Positions 47,230 to 56,094 of a stretch of DNA of 64,000 nucleotides are shown piece after piece. The notes under the pieces were generated by a model. The model saw only the letters and a list, made by a program, of their open reading frames with translations. It had not been told where the DNA came from and made no database searches. This stretch comes from Dehalococcoidia bacterium (GTDB taxonomy: Bacteria > Chloroflexota > Dehalococcoidia > UBA2979): positions 195,499 through 259,498 of the forward strand of contig CBDFIB010000004.1 of the NCBI GenBank assembly GCA_965247925.1, written 5' to 3'. The position numbers and the translations under genes are program-made. Every line of letters starts with the position of its first letter. Within the stretch, counting starts at the first letter, position 1.

Positions 47230-47888
47230 CGGATCGCGTCCTCGAACTGCCGGGCACGCTCGATCATCCGCCGCTCGATCCGGAAGGTCTCCGCGAACGC
47301 GTCCGCGCCCATGTCCGCAGCCATGCCGACGACGAATTGAGTCTCGAGCGCGGTGTTCGCCACGGTGGGTTGCGCGAGGTTCATGCGGGGGCTCATGTAC
47401 ACAGCGTCGCGGAAGTGGCTGAGTTCGCCGAGCGATTCCCTCGCCCCGATCTCCGTCAGGACCCGTTCGGTCGCGGCCCCGAGGTCGCGGCAGTCGTCCG
47501 GCCAATCGAGGGCGAACGGCCCTCCCCCGTTCGCCGCCGCATCCGGGCCGGCGGCCGCGAGGCGCCCCCGTGCTCCGGCGGCAAGCGGGTCCGCGATGTC
47601 CCACCATTCGCCGCTGCGCTCGTCGAGGAGGCGGATCGCCTCGCAAACGCGCCCCGCGGGTACGCCCTCCGCGTCGAGACTCGCAGCCAGCCGCAGGCGC
47701 AGGTAGTCGACCCAGTTGTAGAGCCGCGGCGTGCCCGGTCCGCGGTTCTGTGGGCCGCTGTCAAGCAGGCCGTGCTCGCCCCAGTAGCGGATGCGCGAAG
47801 CAGACAGCCCGGTCAACCGGCTGACGAGGCGTGTGCGCAACCCGGCCATTCGCGCTTGCGTGAGCGCCGGACGCGTCTCGATCGCCAT
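47226..47888 (-). CDS. MerR-family HTH protein with C-terminal extension (putative antitoxin/regulator partner of the PIN-like gene)
   Basis: MAGLRTRLVSRLTGLSASRIRYWGEHGLLD is a MerR-type HTH. Start at internal ATG 47888. Confidence 0.55.
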   Translation of the reverse strand: MAIETRPALTQARMAGLRTRLVSRLTGLSASRIRYWGEHGLLDSGPQNRGPGTPRLYNWVDYLRLRLAASLDAEGVPAGRVCEAIRLLDERSGEWWDIADPLAAGARGRLAAAGPDAAANGGGPFALDWPDDCRDLGAATERVLTEIGARESLGELSHFRDAVYMSPRMNLAQPTVANTALETQFVVGMAADMGADAFAETFRIERRMIERARQFEDAIR

Positions 47889-47917
47889 GCTCGCCTCGCC
47901 TGTCCTCGAACCCCAGT

Positions 47918-48430
47918 CTACCCCGCGTCGCGCTCCGCCAGCCATGCCGCCCACTGCGCGCGCAGCGCGCGGCGGGCGCGCTCGAAGCCGATGCGGTCGC
48001 CGTAGTAGCCGCCGAGGACGCCCGCGAGCCCGCGCCCTCCGATCAGCAGGACGACGACGTAGACGACCGTCGCCCAGATCAGGTTTTCGCGCAGGAACGG
48101 CACGCCGAGGACCAGCCCCAACCCACCGAGGACGGCGAGGATCAGCCCGGCGTAGGCGAAGGCGTTCACGATCCGGCTCTCCGTCTGTCGCTGGGCGCGC
48201 AGCATCGCGACGACTCGCTCCGGCACGGCGCCGACGGGCTCGCGCTGGTCCGTGCCCGTGGCGCAGTGCGGGCAGACCCGCGTCCGCTCGCCGAGCGGGT
48301 GGTAGCAGTGGCCGCAGAAGCGCCCGGCGTTCGGTGAGTCGCCCCGGGTGACGGCGACGAGCAGCTCCTCGAGGCGCTCGCTGAACAACGGGCAGTCATC
48401 CTCCGGGCGGTAGCGCTGCTCCTCGCTCAC
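47918..48430 (-). CDS. Zinc-ribbon + 2-TM membrane protein, coupled to mug
   Basis: CPLF...CGHCYHPLGERTRVCPHC four-Cys ribbon followed by two hydrophobic helices. GTG 48430 overlaps the mug stop (GTGA). Confidence 0.5.
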   Translation of the reverse strand: MSEEQRYRPEDDCPLFSERLEELLVAVTRGDSPNAGRFCGHCYHPLGERTRVCPHCATGTDQREPVGAVPERVVAMLRAQRQTESRIVNAFAYAGLILAVLGGLGLVLGVPFLRENLIWATVVYVVVLLIGGRGLAGVLGGYYGDRIGFERARRALRAQWAAWLAERDAG

Positions 48431-48978
48431 GGCGCGACCCGGCCCAGCTCGATCGCCAGCTCGCGCAGCACGCGGTGGACGTGCGCCCGGTAGCCCGCCG
48501 CGCGCCCGGACGTCGAGGGCATCACCCAGACCGAGGCGCCCTCGATCGTGACGGGCTGGCGGCCCCACTGCTCGGGCTGTCGCACGCGCGGGTGCAGCAC
48601 GTCGAAGGCGCGCGTGGTGGTGAAGCAGAGCGCGCGCGGCGAGGCGTAGGCGATGCGGCGGCGGAAGGCCGGGGCGGACTCGCGCAGCTCGGTGTCGCGG
48701 ACGCGCGTGCTGTCCGTCTGCACGCGCTTGACCACGTCGGTGAATCCGATGCCGAAGCTGCCCGGCAGGCGGCGGTCGTCCTCGGGGCCCACGGGTTCGG
48801 GCACCAGGCCGCTTGCCGAGAGCGCGGGCCAGAAGGCGTTGCCGCGATGGCCGTAGTAGTGGCCGAGCCGCGCGGAGCGCTCGCCCGGGTTGATGCCGAC
48901 GAAGACGAGGTCGAGCCTGGGCCGCAGCAGATCGGGCAGCGTGCGCAGACGTGCGGGCGCCTCGGGGGCTGCGGTCAC
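48427..48978 (-). CDS. mug: G/U mismatch-specific uracil-DNA glycosylase (family 2)
   Basis: LVFVGINPG motif. 183 aa. Confidence 0.8.
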   Translation of the reverse strand: MTAAPEAPARLRTLPDLLRPRLDLVFVGINPGERSARLGHYYGHRGNAFWPALSASGLVPEPVGPEDDRRLPGSFGIGFTDVVKRVQTDSTRVRDTELRESAPAFRRRIAYASPRALCFTTTRAFDVLHPRVRQPEQWGRQPVTIEGASVWVMPSTSGRAAGYRAHVHRVLRELAIELGRVAP

Positions 48979-48979
48979 G

Positions 48980-49504
48980 CTAGCGGAGCGGCTCGTGCGA
49001 GTAGCTGTGATCGCCGAGGGCCGCGCCGAGGAAGATCAGCGCGATCGAGACCAGCACCATGATCGCCGAGAGGACGAGCGAGTTCCGGCGCGCCTGCTCC
49101 AGCTCGCCGGCGTCCATCTCGCCTGCCTGGACCGCGTCCGAGATGGCGGCGATGCGCCGCCCGAAGATGGCGCCGTGCGTGGCGATCAGCCCGAGGAGGA
49201 CTACAAACAGCGTCATCTTCGTCACGAAGACCCGGCCGAAGTGGAAGTCCGACAGGTTCTCGCGGATGTCCGGCGGGACGAAGACGTCCGTGTAGAACTG
49301 CGCGAGCCCCGTGAGCAGCAGCCCGACGAGCGAGATGCCGACGATCATGGAGAAGCGCCGCGCGACGACGAGCGTGACGCGGCGGCGCAGGCCCTCGTCC
49401 TCGATCAGCCAGGTGGAGGGCACGACGGCGAAGAAGAGCAGCACCTGCCCGCCGACGAGCAGCGCTGCGAATAGCACGTGCAATCCGGGCAACAAGTGCT
49501 CCAC
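48980..49504 (-). CDS. Hypothetical membrane protein (4 TM)
   Basis: Hydrophobic segments throughout. 174 aa. Confidence 0.5.
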   Translation of the reverse strand: MEHLLPGLHVLFAALLVGGQVLLFFAVVPSTWLIEDEGLRRRVTLVVARRFSMIVGISLVGLLLTGLAQFYTDVFVPPDIRENLSDFHFGRVFVTKMTLFVVLLGLIATHGAIFGRRIAAISDAVQAGEMDAGELEQARRNSLVLSAIMVLVSIALIFLGAALGDHSYSHEPLR

Positions 49505-49540
49505 GGTTCGCTCCTCTTCTGAATCGCTCTGGCGCCTCGC

Positions 49541-50857
49541 CTAGAGTGGGCCACCGAAGATGTCGCGCGTGACGATCGCCTGCTCGCGCGCCGGCCCGAC
49601 CGAGATCATGTCGACCGGTGCGTCGACAAGCTCCTCGATGCGCCGCACGAAGCCCCGCGCCTCCCGGGGGAGGTCCGGGAAGTGACGGACATCCGAGACC
49701 TCCTCGCGCCAGCCGGGCAGCTCCTCGTACACCGGGCGCACGGCGTTCGCCTCGTGCAGCGAGGCGGGCAGCGAGTCGATGCGCTCGCCGTTGAGCTCGT
49801 AGGCCACGCACACCTGTACCGCGTCGAACTGCGCGAGCACGTCGAGGCGTGTGAGCGCGACCGAGGTGACGCCGTTGAGCCGCGCGGTGTAGCCGGCCAG
49901 CACGCCGTCGAACCAGCCGCAGCGGCGAGGGCGTCCCGTCGTGGTGCCGTACTCGCCGGTGCCCTGGTCCAGGCCGTGATCGCGCAGCAGGCGCGCGTCG
50001 TCGTCGAACAGCTCGGTCGGGAAGGGGCCGTCGCCGACGCGCGTCTGGTAGGCCTTGTACACGCCCACCACGCGGTCCACCGCCGTCGGCCCGAGACCGA
50101 CGCCGAGACACGCCCCCGCCGCCATCGACGAGGGGATCGAGGAGGTGACGTACGGGTAGGTGCCGTTGTCGAGGTCGAGCAGGGTGCCCTGCGCGCCCTC
50201 GAGCAGGATCTGCTCGCCGCGCTGGTGCGCGTCCTGCACGAGCCGCGAGGTGTCGGTGATGTAGGGGCGGAGCAGGGGGCCGTACTCGTGGTACTCGTCG
50301 CGGATCTGCTCGTACTCCAGCGGTTCGCCGCCGTACAGCTCGGTGATGATGCGGTTCTTGTACGGCAGCACGAAGCTCAGCAGCGCCTCAAGCGACTCCG
50401 GGTGCACGAGGTCGGTCATGCGCACGCCCAGCCGGGCCGCCTTGTCGGTGAAGGCCGGGCCCGTGCCCGTGCCCGTGGTCCCGATCGCGTGCTCCCCGCG
50501 CATCTTCTCGTCGAGCTCGTCGATGGCGAGGTGCCACGGCATGACGACGTGGGCGCGGTCGCTGACGCGTACGCGCGAGGTGTCGACGCCGCGCTCGTTG
50601 AGCATCGCAAGCTCGTCGAGCAGCGAGCGTGGGTTGATGGCGACGCCATTCCCGACAATGCACGTCGTGCCGGGGTTGAAGATGCCGGCAGGCACGAGGT
50701 GCAGCCCGAAGCGTCCGAGGTCATTGACGATCGTGTGCCCGGCGTTGCTGCCGGCCGAGTAGCGGGCGATTACGGAGCAACTACGCGACAGGAAGTCGAC
50801 GACGCGGCCTTTGCCCTCGTCGCCCCACTGCCCGCCGATGATGACCGTCGCCGGCAT
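49541..50857 (-). CDS. purA: Adenylosuccinate synthetase
   Basis: QWGDEGKGRVVD P-loop, GTGPAF, TTGRPRRCGW. Start at ATG 50857. Confidence 0.9.
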   Translation of the reverse strand: MPATVIIGGQWGDEGKGRVVDFLSRSCSVIARYSAGSNAGHTIVNDLGRFGLHLVPAGIFNPGTTCIVGNGVAINPRSLLDELAMLNERGVDTSRVRVSDRAHVVMPWHLAIDELDEKMRGEHAIGTTGTGTGPAFTDKAARLGVRMTDLVHPESLEALLSFVLPYKNRIITELYGGEPLEYEQIRDEYHEYGPLLRPYITDTSRLVQDAHQRGEQILLEGAQGTLLDLDNGTYPYVTSSIPSSMAAGACLGVGLGPTAVDRVVGVYKAYQTRVGDGPFPTELFDDDARLLRDHGLDQGTGEYGTTTGRPRRCGWFDGVLAGYTARLNGVTSVALTRLDVLAQFDAVQVCVAYELNGERIDSLPASLHEANAVRPVYEELPGWREEVSDVRHFPDLPREARGFVRRIEELVDAPVDMISVGPAREQAIVTRDIFGGPL

Positions 50858-51065
50858 CGCTCGTCCTCGTACTCTGTCCGCCGCTGGATCGCGCGCCTCG
50901 CCGGGAGGCGCACAAACAGACCGCGCATCGGCGCCGGAGCCGCGCGCGGTGTCGGCTACATGATACCGCAGACCTCGCACCTGGATAATGCCTGAGCCGT
51001 ACGCGCGTTCGGCTGCGGATCGTCGAGGGGGCTATCCTCGAAGGCGGGGTGGGAGAGGATCGCCG

Positions 51066-51812
51066 ATGCTGGTCCGAGTCGCCTGCCTGCTCGTGGCCGC
51101 ACTCTTGCTCGCCGCCTGCTCCTCGGAAGACGAGCCGCCGCCGCGCAACCCGCTCGCCTCCCCGACGCCGGCCGGCCCCGCTGCGACGGCGGCGACGCCG
51201 ACTGCTGCCCCAACGGCGGCTCCGACGCTGTCCCCGACGCCGAGCGCGACCGCGGCCGGGACGCCTGCCGCGACCGGCAGCCCCGAGGGGGCATCGGACG
51301 CCCAGCAGCTCGAACTGGTGACCGGCAACGCGATCGAGCTGATGTCCGAGTGGCTCGGTGCGCCCGCCACGGACCTCAGCGTGGACCTCGCGGAGGCGGT
51401 CGTCTGGCCCGATGCCTGCCTGGGCGTTGTGCAGCCCGGCGTCGCCTGCGCGGCGGTGCTGACGCCCGGATTCCGCGTCGTGCTGCGGGACACCTTCGGC
51501 GGCCTGCATCGCATGCACGCGAGCGCCGACGGCGTAGTGCGCTGGACCGGCGAGGCGATCGTGAGCGGCACGGTCGTCGCCGTCGAGGGCGCGGCGATCG
51601 TGCTCAACGACATCGAGGGCGACCACGCAATACCCGGTATCGATCTGATCGTCGGCGAGCGCGCCACCGTCAGGGATGCGCCGGGGACCAGCTACATCGC
51701 GGTAGCCGGGCCACGTGACCTCGCCGAGGGCGTCAGAGTCGCCGTCGCGCTCGATCCCCACCCCGAGGGGGGATCGACTCCGCTGATCGCCTGGCTCGTG
51801 GTCCTCGAGTGA
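51066..51812 (+). CDS. Secreted lipoprotein with Pro/Thr/Ala-rich linker (hypothetical)
   Basis: MLVRVACLLVAALLLAACS lipobox, low-complexity linker, then a globular domain. Confidence 0.6.
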   Translation: MLVRVACLLVAALLLAACSSEDEPPPRNPLASPTPAGPAATAATPTAAPTAAPTLSPTPSATAAGTPAATGSPEGASDAQQLELVTGNAIELMSEWLGAPATDLSVDLAEAVVWPDACLGVVQPGVACAAVLTPGFRVVLRDTFGGLHRMHASADGVVRWTGEAIVSGTVVAVEGAAIVLNDIEGDHAIPGIDLIVGERATVRDAPGTSYIAVAGPRDLAEGVRVAVALDPHPEGGSTPLIAWLVVLE

Positions 51813-51849
51813 TCGGATTGCCCGCCGCGCCGTGAGCCGCCGGCGTGGC

Positions 51850-52560
51850 TCACCACTCGATGATCTCTCCGTCGACGCTGCGATACGTGCCCGCGTCGTC
51901 CGGTCCGGCGCTGAGCACGAGATCGGCCAGCCGCCGCGCCGACTCCTCGGGCGTCAGCGGCGCCGTCGAACCGCCCATCGAGGTCGAGACCCAGCCGGGG
52001 CAGGCCGAGAACGCCACGATGCCCTCGCGCCGCACGGTCGCGGCGAGTTGCTTCGTCAGCGCGTTCTGGAGCGCCTTCGCGGGCGCGTAGTAGGTCGAGC
52101 CGCTGCCCATGCCGGCGATGCTGCCGAGGCTGGAGGAGATGCTCACCGCCACCGAGCCGCGGCCCATCAGCGGCAGCAGCGCCCGCGTCACGCGCAGCAT
52201 CCCGACGCCGTGCACCTGCAGCTGATCTTCGAGCTCCTCGATCGGCGCCGTGACGATCGAACCGTCCGTACTGCCTACCCCCGCGTTGTTCACCAGCAAG
52301 CCGACCCGGTCGAGATGCGCCGCGCACCAGGCGGAGAAGGCCTCGACCGAGTGCTCCGAGGCGACGTCGAGCTCCGCCGCGAGCACGTCCGCGTCGGTCG
52401 CCGCGAGGTCGAGCAGGGCGGCGCTGGTCGCCGGATCGCGGTACGTTCCCACGACCGGCACGCAGCCGCGTGCTCGCAACTCGCGCACGAGCGCGAGGCC
52501 GATGCCGTCGGCGCGGTTCGCGCCCGTCACGACGGCCGTGCGTCCAGCCGGTGCGGTCAT
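51850..52560 (-). CDS. SDR-family oxidoreductase
   Basis: TGANRADGIG (TGxxxGxG), NNAG, YxxxK (YYAPAK). Confidence 0.8.
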   Translation of the reverse strand: MTAPAGRTAVVTGANRADGIGLALVRELRARGCVPVVGTYRDPATSAALLDLAATDADVLAAELDVASEHSVEAFSAWCAAHLDRVGLLVNNAGVGSTDGSIVTAPIEELEDQLQVHGVGMLRVTRALLPLMGRGSVAVSISSSLGSIAGMGSGSTYYAPAKALQNALTKQLAATVRREGIVAFSACPGWVSTSMGGSTAPLTPEESARRLADLVLSAGPDDAGTYRSVDGEIIEW

Positions 52561-52642
52561 CGGGGCCTCCCGATCCGTAGTCTAGCGCTGACGGATCGGG
52601 CGAGGGTTCCCCCCGGGCGCTCCCGGATGAGAGGGCAGGCGC

Positions 52643-53134
52643 GTGATTACCGAGGTCAAGCGCAAACTCGGCGGCGGCGAGGAGCGCTTCGAGACGGAGC
52701 TGATCCATCGCAGCCCGAGCCTGCTGCTGGTGCTCTACCGCATCGAGCGCGGGGCCGACTCGCTGGACTCGTACGGCTGCTTCTGGCCGCGCCGCCCGTA
52801 CGGCTGCTACCACATCGTGCGCCCGCCCGGCACACCCGACGCCGGCCGCGAGGTCCTGAGCCGCTTCGACGTGCTGACGGACCTCGAGATTGGCGGCGAC
52901 GAGGTGCGCTACCTCGACTTGCTGCTCGACCTGCTGGTGCGTGTCGGTCCGGCGGGGCGCCTCAGCATCCGCTGGGAGGACGAGGACGAGGTGGAGGCAG
53001 CGCTCGCCGGCGGGCTCCTCGATGCGGCGCGAGGCGTGTACATCGAGCGCGCCCGGCGCACGCTGGAGCGCCGTCACCGACGCGCGGTCGGCGAGATCCG
53101 CGCGCTGCTGCGGCGGCTGGGCAGGATCGAGTAG
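52643..53134 (+). CDS. Hypothetical protein (DUF402-like?)
   Basis: 163 aa. YLDLLLDLLV...EDEDE pattern reminiscent of DUF402. Weak assignment. Confidence 0.45.
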   Translation: MITEVKRKLGGGEERFETELIHRSPSLLLVLYRIERGADSLDSYGCFWPRRPYGCYHIVRPPGTPDAGREVLSRFDVLTDLEIGGDEVRYLDLLLDLLVRVGPAGRLSIRWEDEDEVEAALAGGLLDAARGVYIERARRTLERRHRRAVGEIRALLRRLGRIE

Positions 53135-53143
53135 GGACAGAGC

Positions 53144-53785
53144 TCAGGCGTCGCGGGAGAAGAGCGCGTTGAAGCCGCCGACCTCGGACTCGCCCAGCAC
53201 GTAGACGCCGCTCGCGCCGAGGGCGTGCGCCCGTGCCGCGAGCCGCGCCCGGTCGCCGGCCGCGAAGCCCATCGCAGCGACGGTCCAGGGCAGCGCCGCG
53301 GCGGAAACCGCGAGGGCGACCCGCCCCAGGATCGGCGACTGCAGCGCCTCGGCGCGCGCGTCCGGAGCGCCGAGGTCGGCGGCGACCGCCTCGATGTCGA
53401 GGCCGACGCTCGCGAGGCGGTCGACGACGGCGAGGAGCTGCGGGAGCCGCTCGATGGCGGCGGCGCTCCCGACCTCCGGGATGAGGCCGATGCTGCCCGG
53501 GTTGAGGCCGGTCCGCAGTTCGTGGCGGCGCAGTTCGACGTCGGCGTCCCGGAGATCCTGAGGGCGCGCCGTCGCGGCGAGCAGCACGCAGTCGACCGGG
53601 CCGTCGAGCGCCTCGAGCTGCGAGCGCAGCAGGCCCTCGCGCGGGTTCGCGAAGCGGACGTGGAGCGGCGCACCGGCTGCGCGCGCCTCGGCGGTCCCGT
53701 CGCTGGAGGTGGTGACGGCGTCGGCGCGCGTCGGGGCGACGGGCGAGCCGGGCAGCAGGATCAGGTTCGTGCGCGGTGCGGTCAT
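53144..53785 (-). CDS. HpcH/HpaI aldolase / citrate-lyase beta-like family protein (short, 213 aa)
   Basis: Last 213 codons of track ORF 53144..54460: LILLPGSP..., GLIPEVGSAAAIERLPQLLAVVDRL..., AVAADLGA. Start ATG 53785 overlaps the stop of the M16 peptidase gene. Confidence 0.45.
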   Translation of the reverse strand: MTAPRTNLILLPGSPVAPTRADAVTTSSDGTAEARAAGAPLHVRFANPREGLLRSQLEALDGPVDCVLLAATARPQDLRDADVELRRHELRTGLNPGSIGLIPEVGSAAAIERLPQLLAVVDRLASVGLDIEAVAADLGAPDARAEALQSPILGRVALAVSAAALPWTVAAMGFAAGDRARLAARAHALGASGVYVLGESEVGGFNALFSRDA

Positions 53786-55068
53786 CAGGCCGTGAGGATA
53801 GCGCCGAGGCGGTCGGCGGAGGCCGAGGGGCCGACGACGGCGAGGGCGTAGTCGCCGCCGAACAGGCGTTGGGCCACGGCCTGCACCTGGTCGGCCTCGA
53901 CGGCGCGGAGGCGCTCGACGGCCTCGCCGGGCAGCTCGATCTCCCCGTCTTGCAGCAGCTGCGTGCCGAAGTGCTGGCCGAGCGCCATCGGCGTCTCCAT
54001 CGAGAGCCGGAAGGTGCCGGCGGCGAAGTCCTTCGCGCGCTGCAACTCGGCCGCGCCTACGGGCTCCGCGGCGGCGCGCTGCAGCTCCGCGACGATCACT
54101 TGCAGCGCCTCCTCCTGCTGGTCGCGCGAGACGCCCGCGCTGACGACGAACGAGCCAATGTCCTGGTGCTGCGCGACCCCCGAGGACACTGAGTAGGCGA
54201 GCCCACGCCGCTCGCGCACCTCCTGGAAGAGGCGCGAGGACATGCCGCGTCCCAGCACGGTGTGCAGCAGCGCCAGCGCAAACCGCTCCGGGGCGCGGCG
54301 AGGGGGTCCCTGCACGGCGAGCCGGAGGTTGGTCTGCTCGATCGCGCGCTCCTCGATGATGATCTGCTCCTCGGGCAGGCCGTGCGCCGCCGGCGGGGGC
54401 GCGGCGGGGGTTGCGGAGCGGAGGCCGTCGAAGCAGCGCTCGGCGGTTTCGACGACCCACTCATGCGTCACGGCGCCGGCGACGGAGAGCACGGAGTTCT
54501 CCGCGCTGTAGCAGCGATCGACGTGGGAGACGAAGTCGTCGCGGGTCAGCGCCTCGACGGTCTCGATCGAGCCGGTGACGGGCCAGCCGATCGGCTGGTC
54601 GCCGTAGACGGCGCGCACCATCAGCTCGGAGGCGCGGGAGGCGGGCGCGTCGTGGCCGCGGCGGATCTCTTGCTGCACCACGGTGCGCTCGCGGTCGATC
54701 TCCTCGGCGTCGAGCAGGGAGTGCTGGATCATGTCGGCCAGCACCTCGACGCCCGTCCCGGCGCGCTCGAAGGGCATGTTGTTCCAGTAGCAGGTCAGTT
54801 CGCGGGTGGTGTAGGCGTTGAGCGCGCCTCCGGCCCCCTCGATCGCCTCGCTGATTTCGGGGGCGGTGGGGCGCGTCGAGGTGCCCTTGAAGAGCAAGTG
54901 CTCCAGGTAGTGGGAGACGCCGTTGGTGCGGCGGTCCTCGTCGCGCGAGCCGACGCCGACGAAAAAGGAGACGCTGGCGCTCTGGGCCGTGGGGACGGGC
55001 GTGGTGATGACGCGCAGGCCGTTGGGCAGCGTGCTGATCTGCGGCTGGATCGCCTCGGTCGGCGGCAT
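53785..55068 (-). CDS. M16-family zinc peptidase (insulinase-like)
   Basis: HYLEHLLFKGT (HxxEH) inverted zincin motif. 427 aa. Confidence 0.85.
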   Translation of the reverse strand: MPPTEAIQPQISTLPNGLRVITTPVPTAQSASVSFFVGVGSRDEDRRTNGVSHYLEHLLFKGTSTRPTAPEISEAIEGAGGALNAYTTRELTCYWNNMPFERAGTGVEVLADMIQHSLLDAEEIDRERTVVQQEIRRGHDAPASRASELMVRAVYGDQPIGWPVTGSIETVEALTRDDFVSHVDRCYSAENSVLSVAGAVTHEWVVETAERCFDGLRSATPAAPPPAAHGLPEEQIIIEERAIEQTNLRLAVQGPPRRAPERFALALLHTVLGRGMSSRLFQEVRERRGLAYSVSSGVAQHQDIGSFVVSAGVSRDQQEEALQVIVAELQRAAAEPVGAAELQRAKDFAAGTFRLSMETPMALGQHFGTQLLQDGEIELPGEAVERLRAVEADQVQAVAQRLFGGDYALAVVGPSASADRLGAILTA

Positions 55069-55214
55069 CCGTGCGCCTCCCCACTCGCGCTGCGCGGGGC
55101 CTCGATCGCGCTCGGCTCAGCGTACGGGGGGCGTGTCCCGCCAGCAAACGGAGACGGACGCGCGCTGTTGACAGCACACAACACCCTGTTGCATGGTGTC
55201 AACATGGCGCGAGG

Positions 55215-55449
55215 GCGGCACCCGCGAAAGGAGATCGAGGGTGCGCTCGCGGACGCGGAGGGTGCCGGCTGGATGGTCAGGCAGATGGCGTCTGGGCATC
55301 GCTGGGGAGTCATGCTCTGCGGCGAGTCCAGTCGGGCGGGATGCCAGGTCTCGATCTGGTCGACCCCGCGCAGCGCGGACAATCACGCCAGACAGCTCCG
55401 CCGTGCGTTGCAGCGTTGCCTGCACGAGTGGGATCGCGAGGAGACGTAG
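55215..55449 (+). CDS. hicA: HicA-like toxin (YcfA family), 78 aa
   Basis: Not in the ORF track as a separate ORF: MARGRHPRKEIEGALADAEGAGWMVRQMASGHRWGVMLCG...IWSTPRSADNHARQLRRALQRC fits the G-W-x-x-x-R-Q-x-x-S/G-H HicA pattern. Its TAG is followed directly by the ATG of the next gene. Confidence 0.55.
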
Positions 55450-55986
55450 ATGCCGACCTATCAGTTCACGCTGATCGTGGATGGTCCGGACCTGCAGGAC
55501 GAGGAGCGGATCGACGCGTTGTACGAGAGCGGTTGCGACGACGCTCTCGCGGGCCGCAGCCACGGAGTGCAGTATCTCGACTTCGATCGGGAGGCGCCGA
55601 GCCTCGAAGACGCCGTCCTCTCGGCTATCGCGGACGTCGAAGGACTCGATGATGTGGAAGTGGTGCGCATCGCCGATGCGGGGCTTGCCTCGATGTCGGA
55701 CATCGCTGCGCGCACGGGGCGCACGCGAGAGAGCATCCGGCTGCTCATCGAGGGCGAGCGTGGCCCGGGCGGGTTCCCCCCACCTGCCACCGACCCGCGG
55801 AGCCGCTACCGGCTCTGGCGCTGGTCCGAGGTGAGCCGCTGGTTCGAGACACAGCTCGGAAGCACATTGGACGAGGCCAACGATGGGGTGTTCACCGCCA
55901 TCAACGCGAGCCTGGAACTGCGTCGCCACAGCAGCTACGTCCGGCCGGAGAGACGAGCTGACTTGCGGCAACTCGTAGGACTGTAG
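55450..55986 (+). CDS. hicB: HicB-like antitoxin candidate with C-terminal HTH
   Basis: MPTYQFTLIVDGPD... N-domain, then MSDIAARTGRTRESIRLLIEGERG HTH-like segment. Adjacent to the hicA-like gene. Confidence 0.45.
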   Translation: MPTYQFTLIVDGPDLQDEERIDALYESGCDDALAGRSHGVQYLDFDREAPSLEDAVLSAIADVEGLDDVEVVRIADAGLASMSDIAARTGRTRESIRLLIEGERGPGGFPPPATDPRSRYRLWRWSEVSRWFETQLGSTLDEANDGVFTAINASLELRRHSSYVRPERRADLRQLVGL

Positions 55987-56094
55987 CCGACTACGCGCTC
56001 CGGCGGCGATGACCGCCGCCCGGCCCCCGATTGTTGACACCTCCGCCGCGCGCGCGGAATATGAACCGTGTCCTCCCCGACCATCCGAGGGCTA

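Noticed and set aside
53144-54460. 438-aa ORF.
   Set aside because: The upstream 225 codons overlap the M16 peptidase gene out of frame and are low-complexity. Only the C-terminal 213 codons (CitE-like) are kept.
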